IMG/VR virus record: IMGVR_UViG_3300005837_000598
Span: 1-62,704 of that record
Reading direction: 5' to 3' (one strand)
Source of the DNA: a virus
Lineage: Duplodnaviria > Caudoviricetes
Length of the DNA stretch: 62,704 nt
Shown: in pieces, positions 29,401 to 39,077 of the stretch
Numbering within the stretch: the stretch's first letter is position 1
Layout of the letters: every line of letters begins with the position of its first letter
Made by a program: the position numbers and the translations under genes
The notes under the pieces: model-generated
What the model saw: the letters and a program-made list of their open reading frames with translations, nothing else
The model's database searches: none
What the model was told of the DNA's origin: nothing

Positions 29401-32400
29401 TTTAGACAAGGCAGTTAACAAAGCCATGAAAGAATCTAAAACCTATCAAGAGGCTTTAGGAAAATTAAAAACAATGGTGGAAAATGAAGGGGGTAAGAAG
29501 AATATCTTCAAACCTAAACCTGCACCAAAACCTTTGTTTACTAAAGATGAATTGGCTACTGCAAAAGCAGATCAAAACTTTTTAGAACCATTAGTTAAAA
29601 GATTACAAGAAAACTTTCCTGGTGTAAACATAGAGATGGATGCTGAGGCTGTAGAGCAGTTAGCATTAAGTCAAGGTGTATCACCAGAGATGGCAAAGCA
29701 AGCAAGGGGAGTTTATGATGTCAAAAATAATAGAGTTTTAATAAACCCTAAGACAGCAAGTCAAGATACTCCTGTTCATGAGTTTGCTCATGTATGGACA
29801 AGAATTGCTCAAGAAGAAAGACCAGAACTTTGGAAAAAAGGGATGGACTTAATGAAAGATAGTCCTATCTATAAAAGATTAAAAGAGCAGATAGCACAAA
29901 ATCCTGATTTACAAAAAGTATATACTGAAGATAAAATTTTAGATGAGGCACTTGCAGTCGCAATAGGACAGCGAGGTGCTAAAATATTTGAAGATCAACA
30001 GCAGGAAACTATGTGGAAGAACTGGATACAAGAGTTCTTCGATTTCATTAAAGATAAATTTAATGTAAAAAGTGAGGGTGAAATTCAGAACCTTACATTA
30101 AGAGAGTTTATAGAACTAGCAAGTACAGAAATACTTACTGGTCAAAAGGTTGTTCCTGTTAGACAAAAACTCAAAACACTAAATAAAAATGTTGAGGTTA
30201 AATATAATAACGATGGAAACCTTGAGATTATAAATAAAAAAACAGGTAAGCCTGTATCTAAACCTACAAGAAGAAAGGTAGAACAGGAAATTATAGAAAT
30301 GAATGAGTTGCCTGCTGAATGGGTTGATGCAGGAATGAGATTGAATCAGGCTATAGAAATGGATAAGTTTGATAGAGGTCAATTCTATGATCCAATACTT
30401 GCAGAGTTTATTGGTTATAAAATTAAGAGACAATCATTTATTGATAACGGAGATGTAAATTCTATTACAAATACATTAGCAAGAGGATGGTTTAGTAAGG
30501 ATGGTATGGCTCTAGATGAGGCTGCGATGAATCTGGAATATGAATATTACGGAGACTATAACGCAAATCAACCAAGAGTAACAGAGGATATGTTAGTTGA
30601 AATGATGACTGACAATCCAGGCAATTACTTACCTGTACCTCAAGAACTTAAAGATGCTAAGGAAAACTTTATGACTGTTACTGGTATGAACCCATCAGCC
30701 AGAAACTCTCAGGCAATAATGGATAAGACTGTTGATCCAAATTCTAAACTAGAAGAGTCTTATGATCAAGAGATGGATGATGTACCATTCCAGTTATCAT
30801 TCCAAGCAGACTTTAAAGATCCTATGACTGGTTTAAACTATTCATATGATAAAAACTCAGACAACTTTAAAGCGTTAGAGGCATCAGGCTTTATAACTAA
30901 GAATAAAACTTTAAGAGATTTCTCAGACAAGAATATGGTTTTACATACTCCAGACTTTGCATTCTCTGGTAGTATAAGTAAAGATGGAGATTTAATTGTA
31001 GAAGGAAAAGGTGGTATGTACTACCCTATTAAATTTCATCAAGCAGGATTTTTCTGGGCATCAACTGAAGATGGTGCAAGTTCATTAGTTAGAACCCTTA
31101 ACCAGTCTTTAGCGAAAAACAAAGATGGTAAGGTATACATGGGATTAGTTACTGCAACACCTAGTAAACTATTATCGTCAACTACAGCAGCGAATGGTGT
31201 GGTCGATGTATTTATGTCTCCTACTTTCCTTAAAGGTTTAGGAATAACAGAAGGTCAAGTTAAAAGATCATTGGTTAACGCAGCCAATGATTCAATGACT
31301 AAGAAAGTAAAAGACCAGAAGACAGGTATTGTAAAAGATGTTGTAACAGGATTAAGAGCAGGTGTAAAAGCAAGAGGTAATTTAGAAGATACATTAAAAA
31401 CAATCAGAACTAAACTTGCAGCAGACAAATCATCGTTTCAAGACAGAAAGGTATTTGTAGAATCTTTCTTAGGTAGAGTTGCAAAGAATATTAATAAGGC
31501 TGCAACTAGCGATAGAACAAATAAAAAAGTTCTAAAGTTTTTTAAAGAAAGTATAGGGTTCAAGCAAATGAAAGCCACAGGTGGTAGAGTTTCACCTGCT
31601 AATTTAAAGGCTGCTGTATCATATATGTTAGGTGAACCACTTTTAAGAAGTGAATCTCAAACAAATAAAATTTATGCTGTATTAGAAATAGATGGTAAAG
31701 TAAAACCTGTAGATTCTGATGCACATGAATCTTATCCTAAAGCAATAGCATCTGAAGGTAATGCTAGAACTAGGTTACACATTCTAAAAGATAGAATGGA
31801 TTGGAGAGATAATGTAACAGATCCAGATACAGATACAAATATTGAAGTTGGGCGACCAAGAAATAAAGATGGTAAGCCAAGATCACATATACAAATACTA
31901 CCTACAACTGTAGGATTAACATACGCACCAGTAAGAGTGTTAAATGAATCAGAGAATCCTGGAATGTCATTTCAGTTAAATACTGATACAAATAAAAAAC
32001 AGATTTCTGAAAGCATAACAAGGCTTAAAGAGCAGGGTAAATTTACAGAACAGCAGTTAGTTGATTACTATCATAGAAGATTCCCTGATTTATCTAGAAA
32101 AGAATTAGGAGAAATGTATAATGGTAAAGTGCCAGAAGATTCTCCAAGATCTGAGAAAAGAAAATATACTAATAGACTTGAAGAGGTATTAAGTGAACAA
32201 ACTTTTGAAGAACTATCTGATGAGGCTAAAACTTATATTCCAAAAAGAAATAACATAACAGAGGCTGAGGCTGATGCTATGTTTGAAGGACTAGGTTTAG
32301 AGGATGCTATTGTTGTAATAAAATCTAATCCTGAATATTTATTACCTGAAGTTAGAATTGCTCTAACCAATAAGGTTATAATGGAGTTAGAGAAGAAGGC

Positions 32401-34636
32401 ACAACAATTAAGAACAGAAGGAAAAGACTCTGAGGCTAATTTAATATCAGCATCTATAAATAATATTGTTGAGGTCATAGCAGCAGAAGGAACAAAAGCA
32501 GGTAGGTTTATTCAAGCATTTAAATTATTAAAAGCATTAAGTGCCGACAGAACAGTTTCTCTAGTAAACAAAAAATTAAAAGAGGCAGGTAAACAACCTT
32601 TAACAAAAGAACAAGAGGCCGAATTAAAAAGATTAAAAGAAGAGTCTGACAACGCAGCAGAAGGGTTACCAAAATCTGAGGCGATGGCAAAACAATTTAA
32701 ATACGTTCAGCAACTTTTAGGATCTTCTTTTAAAGGTGTGTTTGAGGCTTATTTCTATGCTAGTATACTGTCAGGAATGACAACTCAGTTGAGAAACATT
32801 ATGGCTAACGTAATGTCTATTGGTAATGAATTAATTGTTACATCTATAAGAGAGGCTATCCTTGGAAATCCAAAAGCAATATTCCAAGCACCAATAGGAA
32901 TGATTAAAGGACTTAGTAAAGGATGGTTAAATGCTAAAAACATTTTACAAACTGGTATAAAGTCTGATAAGTCAAATAAGTTTGATAACCCTGCTCTACT
33001 TGAGTGGTGGAGATTCAATACTAATGAAACTGTTATAGGTAAACTATTACCTAAAAAAGTAACTGATTCAGCAGACTGGCTTTTAAATTCTAAGTTTTTA
33101 CCATGGTCACCTAACTTTTTGAAATATGTTCAAAGAGCAATGGTCGCAGGTGATCAAATGTTTTTCCATTCTGCAAAAGAAATGCAAGCCAGAGCACTTG
33201 CAAACAGAATTAAAAGAGGTAAAGATGTAACACCTGAAGATATTAAAAGAGCAGAAAGTATATTAGAGCCTTCTCAAGAACTAAAAGACCAAGCAAAAGC
33301 ACAAGCAATTAAAGAAGGTTTTGAGGAAGGAACTACAAGATATAAGATAAGAGTACATGAATTGATTGAGGCACAAAGAGACATGACTATTCAAGGCCAG
33401 TCAGAAGACTTTGCTGCTAAAACAACTTTCAACTATGAACCAGAAGGTGCACTAAGTTACTTATATAACTTTATTGTACAGTCAAGACAGATGCCAGGAA
33501 TTGGGCCAGTTATGACTACGTTTATTCCTTTTGCTAGAGTATTAACAAATGTGTTTAATAGGTTCTTACACTACACACCTGTAGGTGCAGTTACAGCATA
33601 CAGAGGACAGGTAAGAATAGCAAGTGGTAAAATAAGAACTCTTAGCACAGAAGAAAAAGCAGACTTATATATCAAGGCATCAATTGGTATGTCTACAATG
33701 GCAGGACTGGTTGCATACTTAATGTCTCAAGCAGATGATGATGATGCTGTTCTTAAAATTTCAGCAGCAGGCCCTTCTGATTTTAATAAAAAATATGAAT
33801 TACAAAAGGCAGGTTGGAAACCATTTACTATTACAATAGGTGATGTAAGTGTATCTTATCAAGATCACCCATTGTATTTTATTCTTGCAGGTGCAGGTAC
33901 TCTATATGAAAGTGATAAGTATGGTAATTCAATAGATGGTGAAGGTAACGCAGATCTATTCTCTTATGTAGCATTAACAACTGCTATGAGTATGCTACAA
34001 CAATCATGGTTACAAGGACTATCAGATCTTGGTAGAATTTTAAACTCAAATGATCCTGCGAAAGCAATAGCAAATAAAGGGTTTGGTGTTCTTGGCTCGG
34101 TTGCAATGCCTAATTTCCATAAACAATTAGTAAGACAATACATGGAAATAATGGATGATCCAATCAAAGCAAGAAGAACTGGTACACTATCTGGTGCAAT
34201 AGATCAATTATACAGAGATATTCCTATTGCAAACTCTGGACTGTATGATATGGTAGATAATTTTGGTGATCCAATAGTACCAGGACAGGCTCAGAAATTT
34301 GTACCTCTAGATTTAAGGTTTGGAGATCAGGGAGATCCTTTGGTAAAACATCTTGTTGAAGAAGGTGTGTTTGTAGGATCTGCTAAGAATAGAAAAATTG
34401 AAGACTTTGAAACAGGAGAGTCTAGATATTTAGATGGTGATGAGTATCAGGTTTATAAAATGGAATCTGCGAAAGCAGTAGGTAAACTACTTAGAGAAAA
34501 TTATTCCTACTTAAAAACATTAAAAGGAGAAGACTTAGGAGAAACTGTAAGAATGTATAAGCAACAAGCAAGAGAGCAAACATTATATGAGTTATTCTAT
34601 TACGATAAATACAAAAAACTAACCAAGAAAAAATGA
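26474..34636 (+). CDS. Giant internal virion / polyvalent protein with zincin metallopeptidase (HExxH) and LPD38-like C-terminal region
   Basis: ARGVYD...INP....DTPVHEFAHVW...DEALA near 29700-29960; TTFIPFARV and AGWKPFTITIGD.SVSY in the C-terminal part; PEV/KPE acidic linker. Confidence 0.7.
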   Translation: MEEKELLAAWERIQSMYGPQKKTFDEFKFQMQSNEYRNKVFKNVGKNAKDIFGYDNYDQFNADKFLPAPALEITNTPESAENLPRFQGSSASFVDQQVEAKRNQSNYYADGSAGRMPTLYDRMSEQEKKDLDLKNKKAKAFKQAERAKKALGTTSQIVTDGGDFYDVIKNYSLSTGENLLASQLEYNDGKLDGIAKGQFEQKALNVMSEDMFQVVDEVEKSQVWENYGEEYGFLINQLNSQGKEIRTLQDQLATVKDPQKKELIIEQINNIREEGAEYSYDKPNQYGGTDSKRFLFTSYDEMKKRFSKLNSLPEFKNYQRAINVLGHLRDVSDNFDTRNPEFIQNQKDLKAAQGLVDTIEKYDLPDLTSLGTPGGYQPKWFKNNITKPILSSLAKAANDLASLPRTLAFNDDYGWTDAFAEGAERILSKELNPGMVASLGQASNKDRGLSERVAMVDDYQLVVSDDLFEGRRTPKTVRDKDGFLIQDEKIVKEVIDKYEEDPTKYEDEQQYNFEGALPKFVGVMADLGILMFGTKGLGTGVKATGTLAKAGGLTRTGNYLSKSNVANRIGLTGAVTGQTHNQLYAEAIKQGLSPSEASAFAVTGSLAVAGVAQFNPQFYLIGEKKAAQALTSRYINYLAAGGKESKKKAFGYAMREVFGQGKREMLEELAEVPALNAVRGGFNQFLTPDKDFEVKWSRGELEESAIFGFAAGFATGPMAITNQSALQQQATYAAYKAKDKFFKRTDELVGKEYLDPETGNMLNYTQEQADATKAKFSNLFKQLDAAKVGTGKLSEESETKLLSLLQRSDAIKSNMDLAKDQPALLEVLQAQYAIVNDAIAKELQDNRTPVKPKKSDTKENVTPEVTPEVNEEVDSAIDEALNNDPENVLDGRVKPEVKPEEDVAPEVKVEEDAKPEVKSEGDQNVESEPNPETKVDPKPDEKVYDAEIVPGHFVMLYNDAFGLKVYGPKDKNGTKDLDKAVNKAMKESKTYQEALGKLKTMVENEGGKKNIFKPKPAPKPLFTKDELATAKADQNFLEPLVKRLQENFPGVNIEMDAEAVEQLALSQGVSPEMAKQARGVYDVKNNRVLINPKTASQDTPVHEFAHVWTRIAQEERPELWKKGMDLMKDSPIYKRLKEQIAQNPDLQKVYTEDKILDEALAVAIGQRGAKIFEDQQQETMWKNWIQEFFDFIKDKFNVKSEGEIQNLTLREFIELASTEILTGQKVVPVRQKLKTLNKNVEVKYNNDGNLEIINKKTGKPVSKPTRRKVEQEIIEMNELPAEWVDAGMRLNQAIEMDKFDRGQFYDPILAEFIGYKIKRQSFIDNGDVNSITNTLARGWFSKDGMALDEAAMNLEYEYYGDYNANQPRVTEDMLVEMMTDNPGNYLPVPQELKDAKENFMTVTGMNPSARNSQAIMDKTVDPNSKLEESYDQEMDDVPFQLSFQADFKDPMTGLNYSYDKNSDNFKALEASGFITKNKTLRDFSDKNMVLHTPDFAFSGSISKDGDLIVEGKGGMYYPIKFHQAGFFWASTEDGASSLVRTLNQSLAKNKDGKVYMGLVTATPSKLLSSTTAANGVVDVFMSPTFLKGLGITEGQVKRSLVNAANDSMTKKVKDQKTGIVKDVVTGLRAGVKARGNLEDTLKTIRTKLAADKSSFQDRKVFVESFLGRVAKNINKAATSDRTNKKVLKFFKESIGFKQMKATGGRVSPANLKAAVSYMLGEPLLRSESQTNKIYAVLEIDGKVKPVDSDAHESYPKAIASEGNARTRLHILKDRMDWRDNVTDPDTDTNIEVGRPRNKDGKPRSHIQILPTTVGLTYAPVRVLNESENPGMSFQLNTDTNKKQISESITRLKEQGKFTEQQLVDYYHRRFPDLSRKELGEMYNGKVPEDSPRSEKRKYTNRLEEVLSEQTFEELSDEAKTYIPKRNNITEAEADAMFEGLGLEDAIVVIKSNPEYLLPEVRIALTNKVIMELEKKAQQLRTEGKDSEANLISASINNIVEVIAAEGTKAGRFIQAFKLLKALSADRTVSLVNKKLKEAGKQPLTKEQEAELKRLKEESDNAAEGLPKSEAMAKQFKYVQQLLGSSFKGVFEAYFYASILSGMTTQLRNIMANVMSIGNELIVTSIREAILGNPKAIFQAPIGMIKGLSKGWLNAKNILQTGIKSDKSNKFDNPALLEWWRFNTNETVIGKLLPKKVTDSADWLLNSKFLPWSPNFLKYVQRAMVAGDQMFFHSAKEMQARALANRIKRGKDVTPEDIKRAESILEPSQELKDQAKAQAIKEGFEEGTTRYKIRVHELIEAQRDMTIQGQSEDFAAKTTFNYEPEGALSYLYNFIVQSRQMPGIGPVMTTFIPFARVLTNVFNRFLHYTPVGAVTAYRGQVRIASGKIRTLSTEEKADLYIKASIGMSTMAGLVAYLMSQADDDDAVLKISAAGPSDFNKKYELQKAGWKPFTITIGDVSVSYQDHPLYFILAGAGTLYESDKYGNSIDGEGNADLFSYVALTTAMSMLQQSWLQGLSDLGRILNSNDPAKAIANKGFGVLGSVAMPNFHKQLVRQYMEIMDDPIKARRTGTLSGAIDQLYRDIPIANSGLYDMVDNFGDPIVPGQAQKFVPLDLRFGDQGDPLVKHLVEEGVFVGSAKNRKIEDFETGESRYLDGDEYQVYKMESAKAVGKLLRENYSYLKTLKGEDLGETVRMYKQQAREQTLYELFYYDKYKKLTKKK

Positions 34637-35058
34637 GAGAAATAAATGAAATAATTGTGCATTGCACAGCGACACCAGAAGGCAGAAAAGTTTCTGTTGA
34701 AGAAATAGACAGATGGCATAAGGACAGAGGATGGTCAGGTATAGGGTATCATTACTGTGTTCAGTTGGATGGTAAAGTGAGTAAGGGAAGAGATGTAAAG
34801 ATTCCAGGTGCTCATTGTAAGGGAAGAAATAAACGATCAATCGGTATCACATATGTTGGAGGATGTGATTCAGATATGAATGCTAAAGACACAAGAACGG
34901 ATGCACAAAAAGACAGCCTGAAATATCTAATTGGTTATCTTTGTGCAAGTTATCCTGGTGCAAAAGTCTATGGTCACAGGGATTTTTCATCTAAGGCCTG
35001 TCCTAGTTACGATGCCAAAGAAGAATATAAAAATATATCAGAACAATATGGAGGATAA
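34633..35058 (+). CDS. N-acetylmuramoyl-L-alanine amidase endolysin (T7 lysozyme-like)
   Basis: IIVHCTAT, IGYHY, GAHCKG.N..SIGI.YVGG, GHRDF..KACP. Confidence 0.95.
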   Translation: MREINEIIVHCTATPEGRKVSVEEIDRWHKDRGWSGIGYHYCVQLDGKVSKGRDVKIPGAHCKGRNKRSIGITYVGGCDSDMNAKDTRTDAQKDSLKYLIGYLCASYPGAKVYGHRDFSSKACPSYDAKEEYKNISEQYGG

Positions 35059-35212
35059 TAAAGGTTACGAGGTTGCTATATCTGAGAGATTCAGGATTGG
35101 GCCACTAGTTGGTTGGGCATTCTACACACCAGACGAACATGGTGATTGGTATGAATTTAATCTTTATCTATTATTCTTTATGATTCATGTAAAATGGTGG
35201 GAAAATGAGTAA
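35048..35212 (+). CDS. Small lysis-region protein (54 aa, MEDNKGYE...)
   Basis: ATG at 35048 within the listed 34931 ORF; overlaps both neighbours; hydrophobic C-terminus. Confidence 0.55.
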   Translation: MEDNKGYEVAISERFRIGPLVGWAFYTPDEHGDWYEFNLYLLFFMIHVKWWENE

Positions 35213-35669
35213 ACCGAAAAAGAAATTTAAAGACACAAAAGTAGGAAAGTTCTTAACGGACAAAGTTCCATCTATACTTGGTATAGTTGGAGATGTTCTT
35301 CCAGATGCAGGAGTATTAGGTGTAGTCAAAGGATTGATTGAAAAAGAAGATCCTGCTATTTTACCTCCAGAGGATAAAGAAAAAGCAATGAAACTACTTG
35401 AACTTGACATGATAGAACTCCAGGAGGTAAGTAAAAGATGGGAGTCAGACATGAAAAGCGATTCATGGCTTTCAAAGAATACAAGACCTCTGACCTTAGT
35501 CTATTTAACAATTATAACATCACTATATATTGTCTTAGATTCCTTAGACATAGCGTTTGATATAGACGAAAGTTGGGTAGAACTTTTAAAAACTCTACTT
35601 GTTACAATTTATGTTGCCTATTTCGGATCTAGAGGATTTGAAAAGTATAATACAATAAAAAAGAATTAA
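35205..35669 (+). CDS. Holin (3TM / GTA-holin-like)
   Basis: RWESDMKSDSWLSKNTRPLTLVYL...YFGSRGFEK signature, TM segments, near the endolysin. Confidence 0.85.
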   Translation: MSKPKKKFKDTKVGKFLTDKVPSILGIVGDVLPDAGVLGVVKGLIEKEDPAILPPEDKEKAMKLLELDMIELQEVSKRWESDMKSDSWLSKNTRPLTLVYLTIITSLYIVLDSLDIAFDIDESWVELLKTLLVTIYVAYFGSRGFEKYNTIKKN

Positions 35670-35800
35670 CTCTTTTTCATTTCTTTATAAACCTTGTATC
35701 CGTTTGCTTGCAAAAATTTAATTGCTCTTTGAACCTTTCTTTCATTCATTCTGTATTCGTGAAAGATTTGATTTTCAAATGCGTTATGATCATGTTTCAT
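35666..35800 (-). CDS. Small hypothetical protein (44 aa, MKHDHNAFENQIF...)
   Basis: ATG at 35800 immediately after the upstream stop. Confidence 0.55.
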   Translation of the reverse strand: MKHDHNAFENQIFHEYRMNERKVQRAIKFLQANGYKVYKEMKKS

Positions 35801-35801
35801 A

Positions 35802-36125
35802 TTAATATGTATTAGTTGACGTTGAAAACCAACCAGACTTACCATCATTTTCATCTTCTTTACCCTCCTGATCTTTCAACGCTATTATTAAAAGTATTAA
35901 ATATCCTGTTAAATCCTTTATAGAATCTTCAGTCTTATCGTAAATGCCCTTTTGTTTGATTCTAGATATTTTATCATCTATCCTAGCACATAAAGACTTT
36001 ACAGCATCTCCATCACTAAAAATATTAACTGGATTAGTAGCACTATCTCCGTAGTCTTTATTTTTAGAGATGAGAAGGCCGATGATTTCAGCACCAACCC
36101 TCTCTATTTTCTCTCTAGTATCCAT
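35802..36125 (-). CDS. Nucleotide modification-associated domain 1 (Nmad1/DUF1599-like) protein
   Basis: KNKDYGDS...RIDDKISRI...EDSIKDLTGYLIL; start moved to ATG 36125. Confidence 0.7.
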   Translation of the reverse strand: MDTREKIERVGAEIIGLLISKNKDYGDSATNPVNIFSDGDAVKSLCARIDDKISRIKQKGIYDKTEDSIKDLTGYLILLIIALKDQEGKEDENDGKSGWFSTSTNTY

Positions 36126-36126
36126 A

Positions 36127-36489
36127 TTAGAATGGTGCAGTTTCATCTTGATTAACAAAACTTTCTACCTTTTCCTCATGGGATTTAACCGAAGGAATAT
36201 TTCCATCAGCATAGGTAATTTTCCATGCATTTGCGTTTGCAGTTCTTAACTCTCCGTTACGATCTGTGTAACTTCTCAAGTTAACTGAAACCTTTACCTC
36301 ATCATTTTCTTTGTATGCTGTGAAAAGGTTTGCTTTAGCACCAATAGCCTCTACTGGGTAGTCTACTGGATACTCTCCTCCTAACGTAAGTGTAAGAGTT
36401 CTTTTTTCCAGATCTCCATTTTTAGTCTGGATTGTCATCGGATCAGAAATCATTTTGATACGACCTTGTAATTCAATTGAATTGCTCAT
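36127..36489 (-). CDS. DUF3127-family single-stranded DNA-binding protein
   Basis: IELQGRIK...KR.L.L..GGEYP...EVKVSVNLRS...NAWKI and an acidic APF tail. Confidence 0.8.
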   Translation of the reverse strand: MSNSIELQGRIKMISDPMTIQTKNGDLEKRTLTLTLGGEYPVDYPVEAIGAKANLFTAYKENDEVKVSVNLRSYTDRNGELRTANANAWKITYADGNIPSVKSHEEKVESFVNQDETAPF

Positions 36490-36507
36490 AATTATTATTT
36501 AAAAGTG

Positions 36508-36732
36508 TTATATATATTCAGAGGTATCTAAACCTCTCGCCTTGAGATATTCAAGGACTTGTTCTGTTATATAGTTTACATAGGCTAAGTCTTTCTCTAG
36601 TTTCTTATCTAGTTTTTTTAGTTTTAATTTTTCTTTAGGTGTGTTATTTATGCAGACAATATTTACATGATCTGTATTATGCTGTTCTAACAACCTATCC
36701 ACCTCTGGTATTCTTAAATACTTTACTGACAT
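36508..36732 (-). CDS. Hypothetical protein
   Basis: 74-aa ORF fitting the operon. Confidence 0.6.
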   Translation of the reverse strand: MSVKYLRIPEVDRLLEQHNTDHVNIVCINNTPKEKLKLKKLDKKLEKDLAYVNYITEQVLEYLKARGLDTSEYI

Positions 36733-36741
36733 TGTTTAACA

Positions 36742-37089
36742 TTATGGGGTATTAATAATTTTGTTTTGAATCAGCATCTCTATCAACTCCATCATATCCT
36801 CCTTATACAAAATGCAATACTCTTTTCCTCCTGGTGCTTTATGAAATACAATTGGTATGTCTGTAGGTTTTACATCCATCTCTTCTAAAACTTTTTTATA
36901 CTGAGGATTTCTTTTATAACATTTTGCTTGAACAGCAAAGTCACCTGTGTTCATTAGATCAATACCTTTATCATCTAACATTTTAGATCCATATCTGGAT
37001 GTAACACAATCTGTGTATCCTAGTTTCTTAAAGTCTTTAACTAATTGTCTTTCGTAATTATGTCCCTTATTTCTATTTGTGTTTGCCAT
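36742..37089 (-). CDS. Holliday junction resolvase-like PD-(D/E)xK nuclease
   Basis: NRNKGHNYER...SR..SK.LDD.GIDL...VQAK; start at ATG 37089. Confidence 0.75.
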   Translation of the reverse strand: MANTNRNKGHNYERQLVKDFKKLGYTDCVTSRYGSKMLDDKGIDLMNTGDFAVQAKCYKRNPQYKKVLEEMDVKPTDIPIVFHKAPGGKEYCILYKEDMMELIEMLIQNKIINTP

Positions 37090-37411
37090 ATACATTAAAA
37101 TCTTTATAGACATAAACTGATTTGTGCTTTACAAATGCCTTTATATCATCATAGTTAACTTTTTTATCAAACCCTTGATACAGTAAGTAATAACAATTAC
37201 CTGCACCATTTGGTCTGATAAAATATTCCTCTTTATTTGGTACTACCTCATCAAGTTTAGCAAGCCTTAATAGGTCTACACCTTTTTCAAAAGGTTTTTG
37301 TTTTCCTATTTTACCTCCATACCTGTTATTTTCCCAGGTAACCTTATATAGAACTTGTTCAGTCTTGTCCGTTAAACTTTGCATACTGTCCTTGATGTGT
37401 TGTATTTTCAT
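37073..37411 (-). CDS. Hypothetical protein
   Basis: 112-aa ORF overlapping the primase-helicase 3' end. Confidence 0.6.
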   Translation of the reverse strand: MKIQHIKDSMQSLTDKTEQVLYKVTWENNRYGGKIGKQKPFEKGVDLLRLAKLDEVVPNKEEYFIRPNGAGNCYYLLYQGFDKKVNYDDIKAFVKHKSVYVYKDFNVYGKHK

Positions 37412-39077
37412 ACTCGTTATAACAAGTAGTCTCTAAATTATATTTGAATTCCTGCATACCAGTCTTTCCAGTAAACCTCCATCGTACCTTCCAAACATGA
37501 ACCTCGACTAGTTCGTTCTCGAAATCTCGGTACACAGTAATTCCATTATCTACTTTATTAAAGAAATGGGAAGAGCCACTAACGCTATAACCTGAAGCAA
37601 CCTCTACCTTCCCATTCTCTTTCTTTAATTTCTGTGGGTGAGCAACTAGTATCACTCCACAATCATAAGCCTCTTTAAATATTTTAATTTTTGATAATTG
37701 CAATCCAGTATACTGGTGCTCATTCATTCCTCTTTCTATTTTATGCTCAACGAATGCCCAGTTATCTATGATTAAACAATTAATACCCATTTTCTTTACC
37801 AACTCTTTTCCTTTATTCAATATACCCTCTACTGTAAGATCATTGTCTTTAAGGTTTATGAAATAAAAATGTTTGTTGATGAAATCAATAGCAGGATCTA
37901 ATTCTTCTGGCTGTAGGTTTGTTGCAGAGCCTTTACCAAATTTTTTACCAGTATATTTTTCTATAAGTTCGGCAACATGAACCTTGATTGGTTGTTTTTC
38001 AGCAGAGAATATCCCAAACTTCCACCCTTGCCTTGCTAATTCAACTATAACTTGATCAACAAAAGAAGATTTACCATGCCCTGGAACTCCAGTAACTAAA
38101 GTAAATTCACTTGGCCTCCATGACATTAGTTTATCAAACTCTTTATAACCTATCTCATCACCTTTCGGCATTCCATGGTTATATAAATTGTGTATTTCTT
38201 TACGAGAATCTGATGCCTTACTCACACCTTCTAGTGGAAAAGGTTTTGCACTATCTAAACATTTAACTAATTCAATACTTCCATGCTTAAGCAAGACATC
38301 ATTGGCATCTTTACATCCTTCTGGAAAACTTACTAACCAGATCCTGTCTTTACCAATTCTTCTCGATAATTCATCTCTTAATTTTATTCCTGGTGCATCA
38401 TTATCTAATGCTAAATATATTTTTTCTTTATTTTCAAACTCCTCTATACTATTATCTAGGTATGTGAGGTTTTGATTTCCTGTTGATGCTCCGTTTGGTA
38501 CAGAACAAGCAAAGATTAATCTATCCTGCTGTAATCCTGCCTCATAAAAAGCCATAGCATCAAACTCTCCTTCTGTTATTATACACCATGATGCAGGTTT
38601 AATTAAGTCTAAACCATACATAATCATTTCAGATCCTTTATTTAGTTTAAAGTTTTTCTGTGAATCTCTAAACTTAATATTAATCCTTCTACCTTTTCTG
38701 ATGTAATTAAATTGAATGACAGGCTTTTCTTTTTGTACCTGTGGCATATATTCTGTTCCCTCAGTTACCCCAAAGTATTCTATTGTGCTTTCATTTATCC
38801 CTCTGTCCTTGAAAAATTTTAAAACCTTGTCTGATAATGGAGATGCTTTTACAGTTGGCATCTCATATTCTGTTTTATATTCTGCTACAGATCCATTATC
38901 TCCACAATGATGACAATAATATGTACCAGACTCTACCCATACTCTTAGGCATTTCTCATTCTTATTTCTTTTCCTTGTGTGTGAACACTTTGGACATTTA
39001 GTTTTTTGAGGATCTGTTCCTCCACTTGACTTAACTTCAATTCCAAGTGCTTGCAGTTTAGATAAATTGTCTGTCAT
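37359..39077 (-). CDS. Bifunctional DNA primase-helicase (T7 gp4/Twinkle-like)
   Basis: Zn finger CPKC...CHHC, TOPRIM TEGEFD / SVPNGA / DNDAPG / KDAND, Walker A GVPGHGKS, SF4 motifs LVAHP and SGSSHF. Confidence 0.95.
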   Translation of the reverse strand: MTDNLSKLQALGIEVKSSGGTDPQKTKCPKCSHTRKRNKNEKCLRVWVESGTYYCHHCGDNGSVAEYKTEYEMPTVKASPLSDKVLKFFKDRGINESTIEYFGVTEGTEYMPQVQKEKPVIQFNYIRKGRRINIKFRDSQKNFKLNKGSEMIMYGLDLIKPASWCIITEGEFDAMAFYEAGLQQDRLIFACSVPNGASTGNQNLTYLDNSIEEFENKEKIYLALDNDAPGIKLRDELSRRIGKDRIWLVSFPEGCKDANDVLLKHGSIELVKCLDSAKPFPLEGVSKASDSRKEIHNLYNHGMPKGDEIGYKEFDKLMSWRPSEFTLVTGVPGHGKSSFVDQVIVELARQGWKFGIFSAEKQPIKVHVAELIEKYTGKKFGKGSATNLQPEELDPAIDFINKHFYFINLKDNDLTVEGILNKGKELVKKMGINCLIIDNWAFVEHKIERGMNEHQYTGLQLSKIKIFKEAYDCGVILVAHPQKLKKENGKVEVASGYSVSGSSHFFNKVDNGITVYRDFENELVEVHVWKVRWRFTGKTGMQEFKYNLETTCYNEYENTTHQGQYAKFNGQD

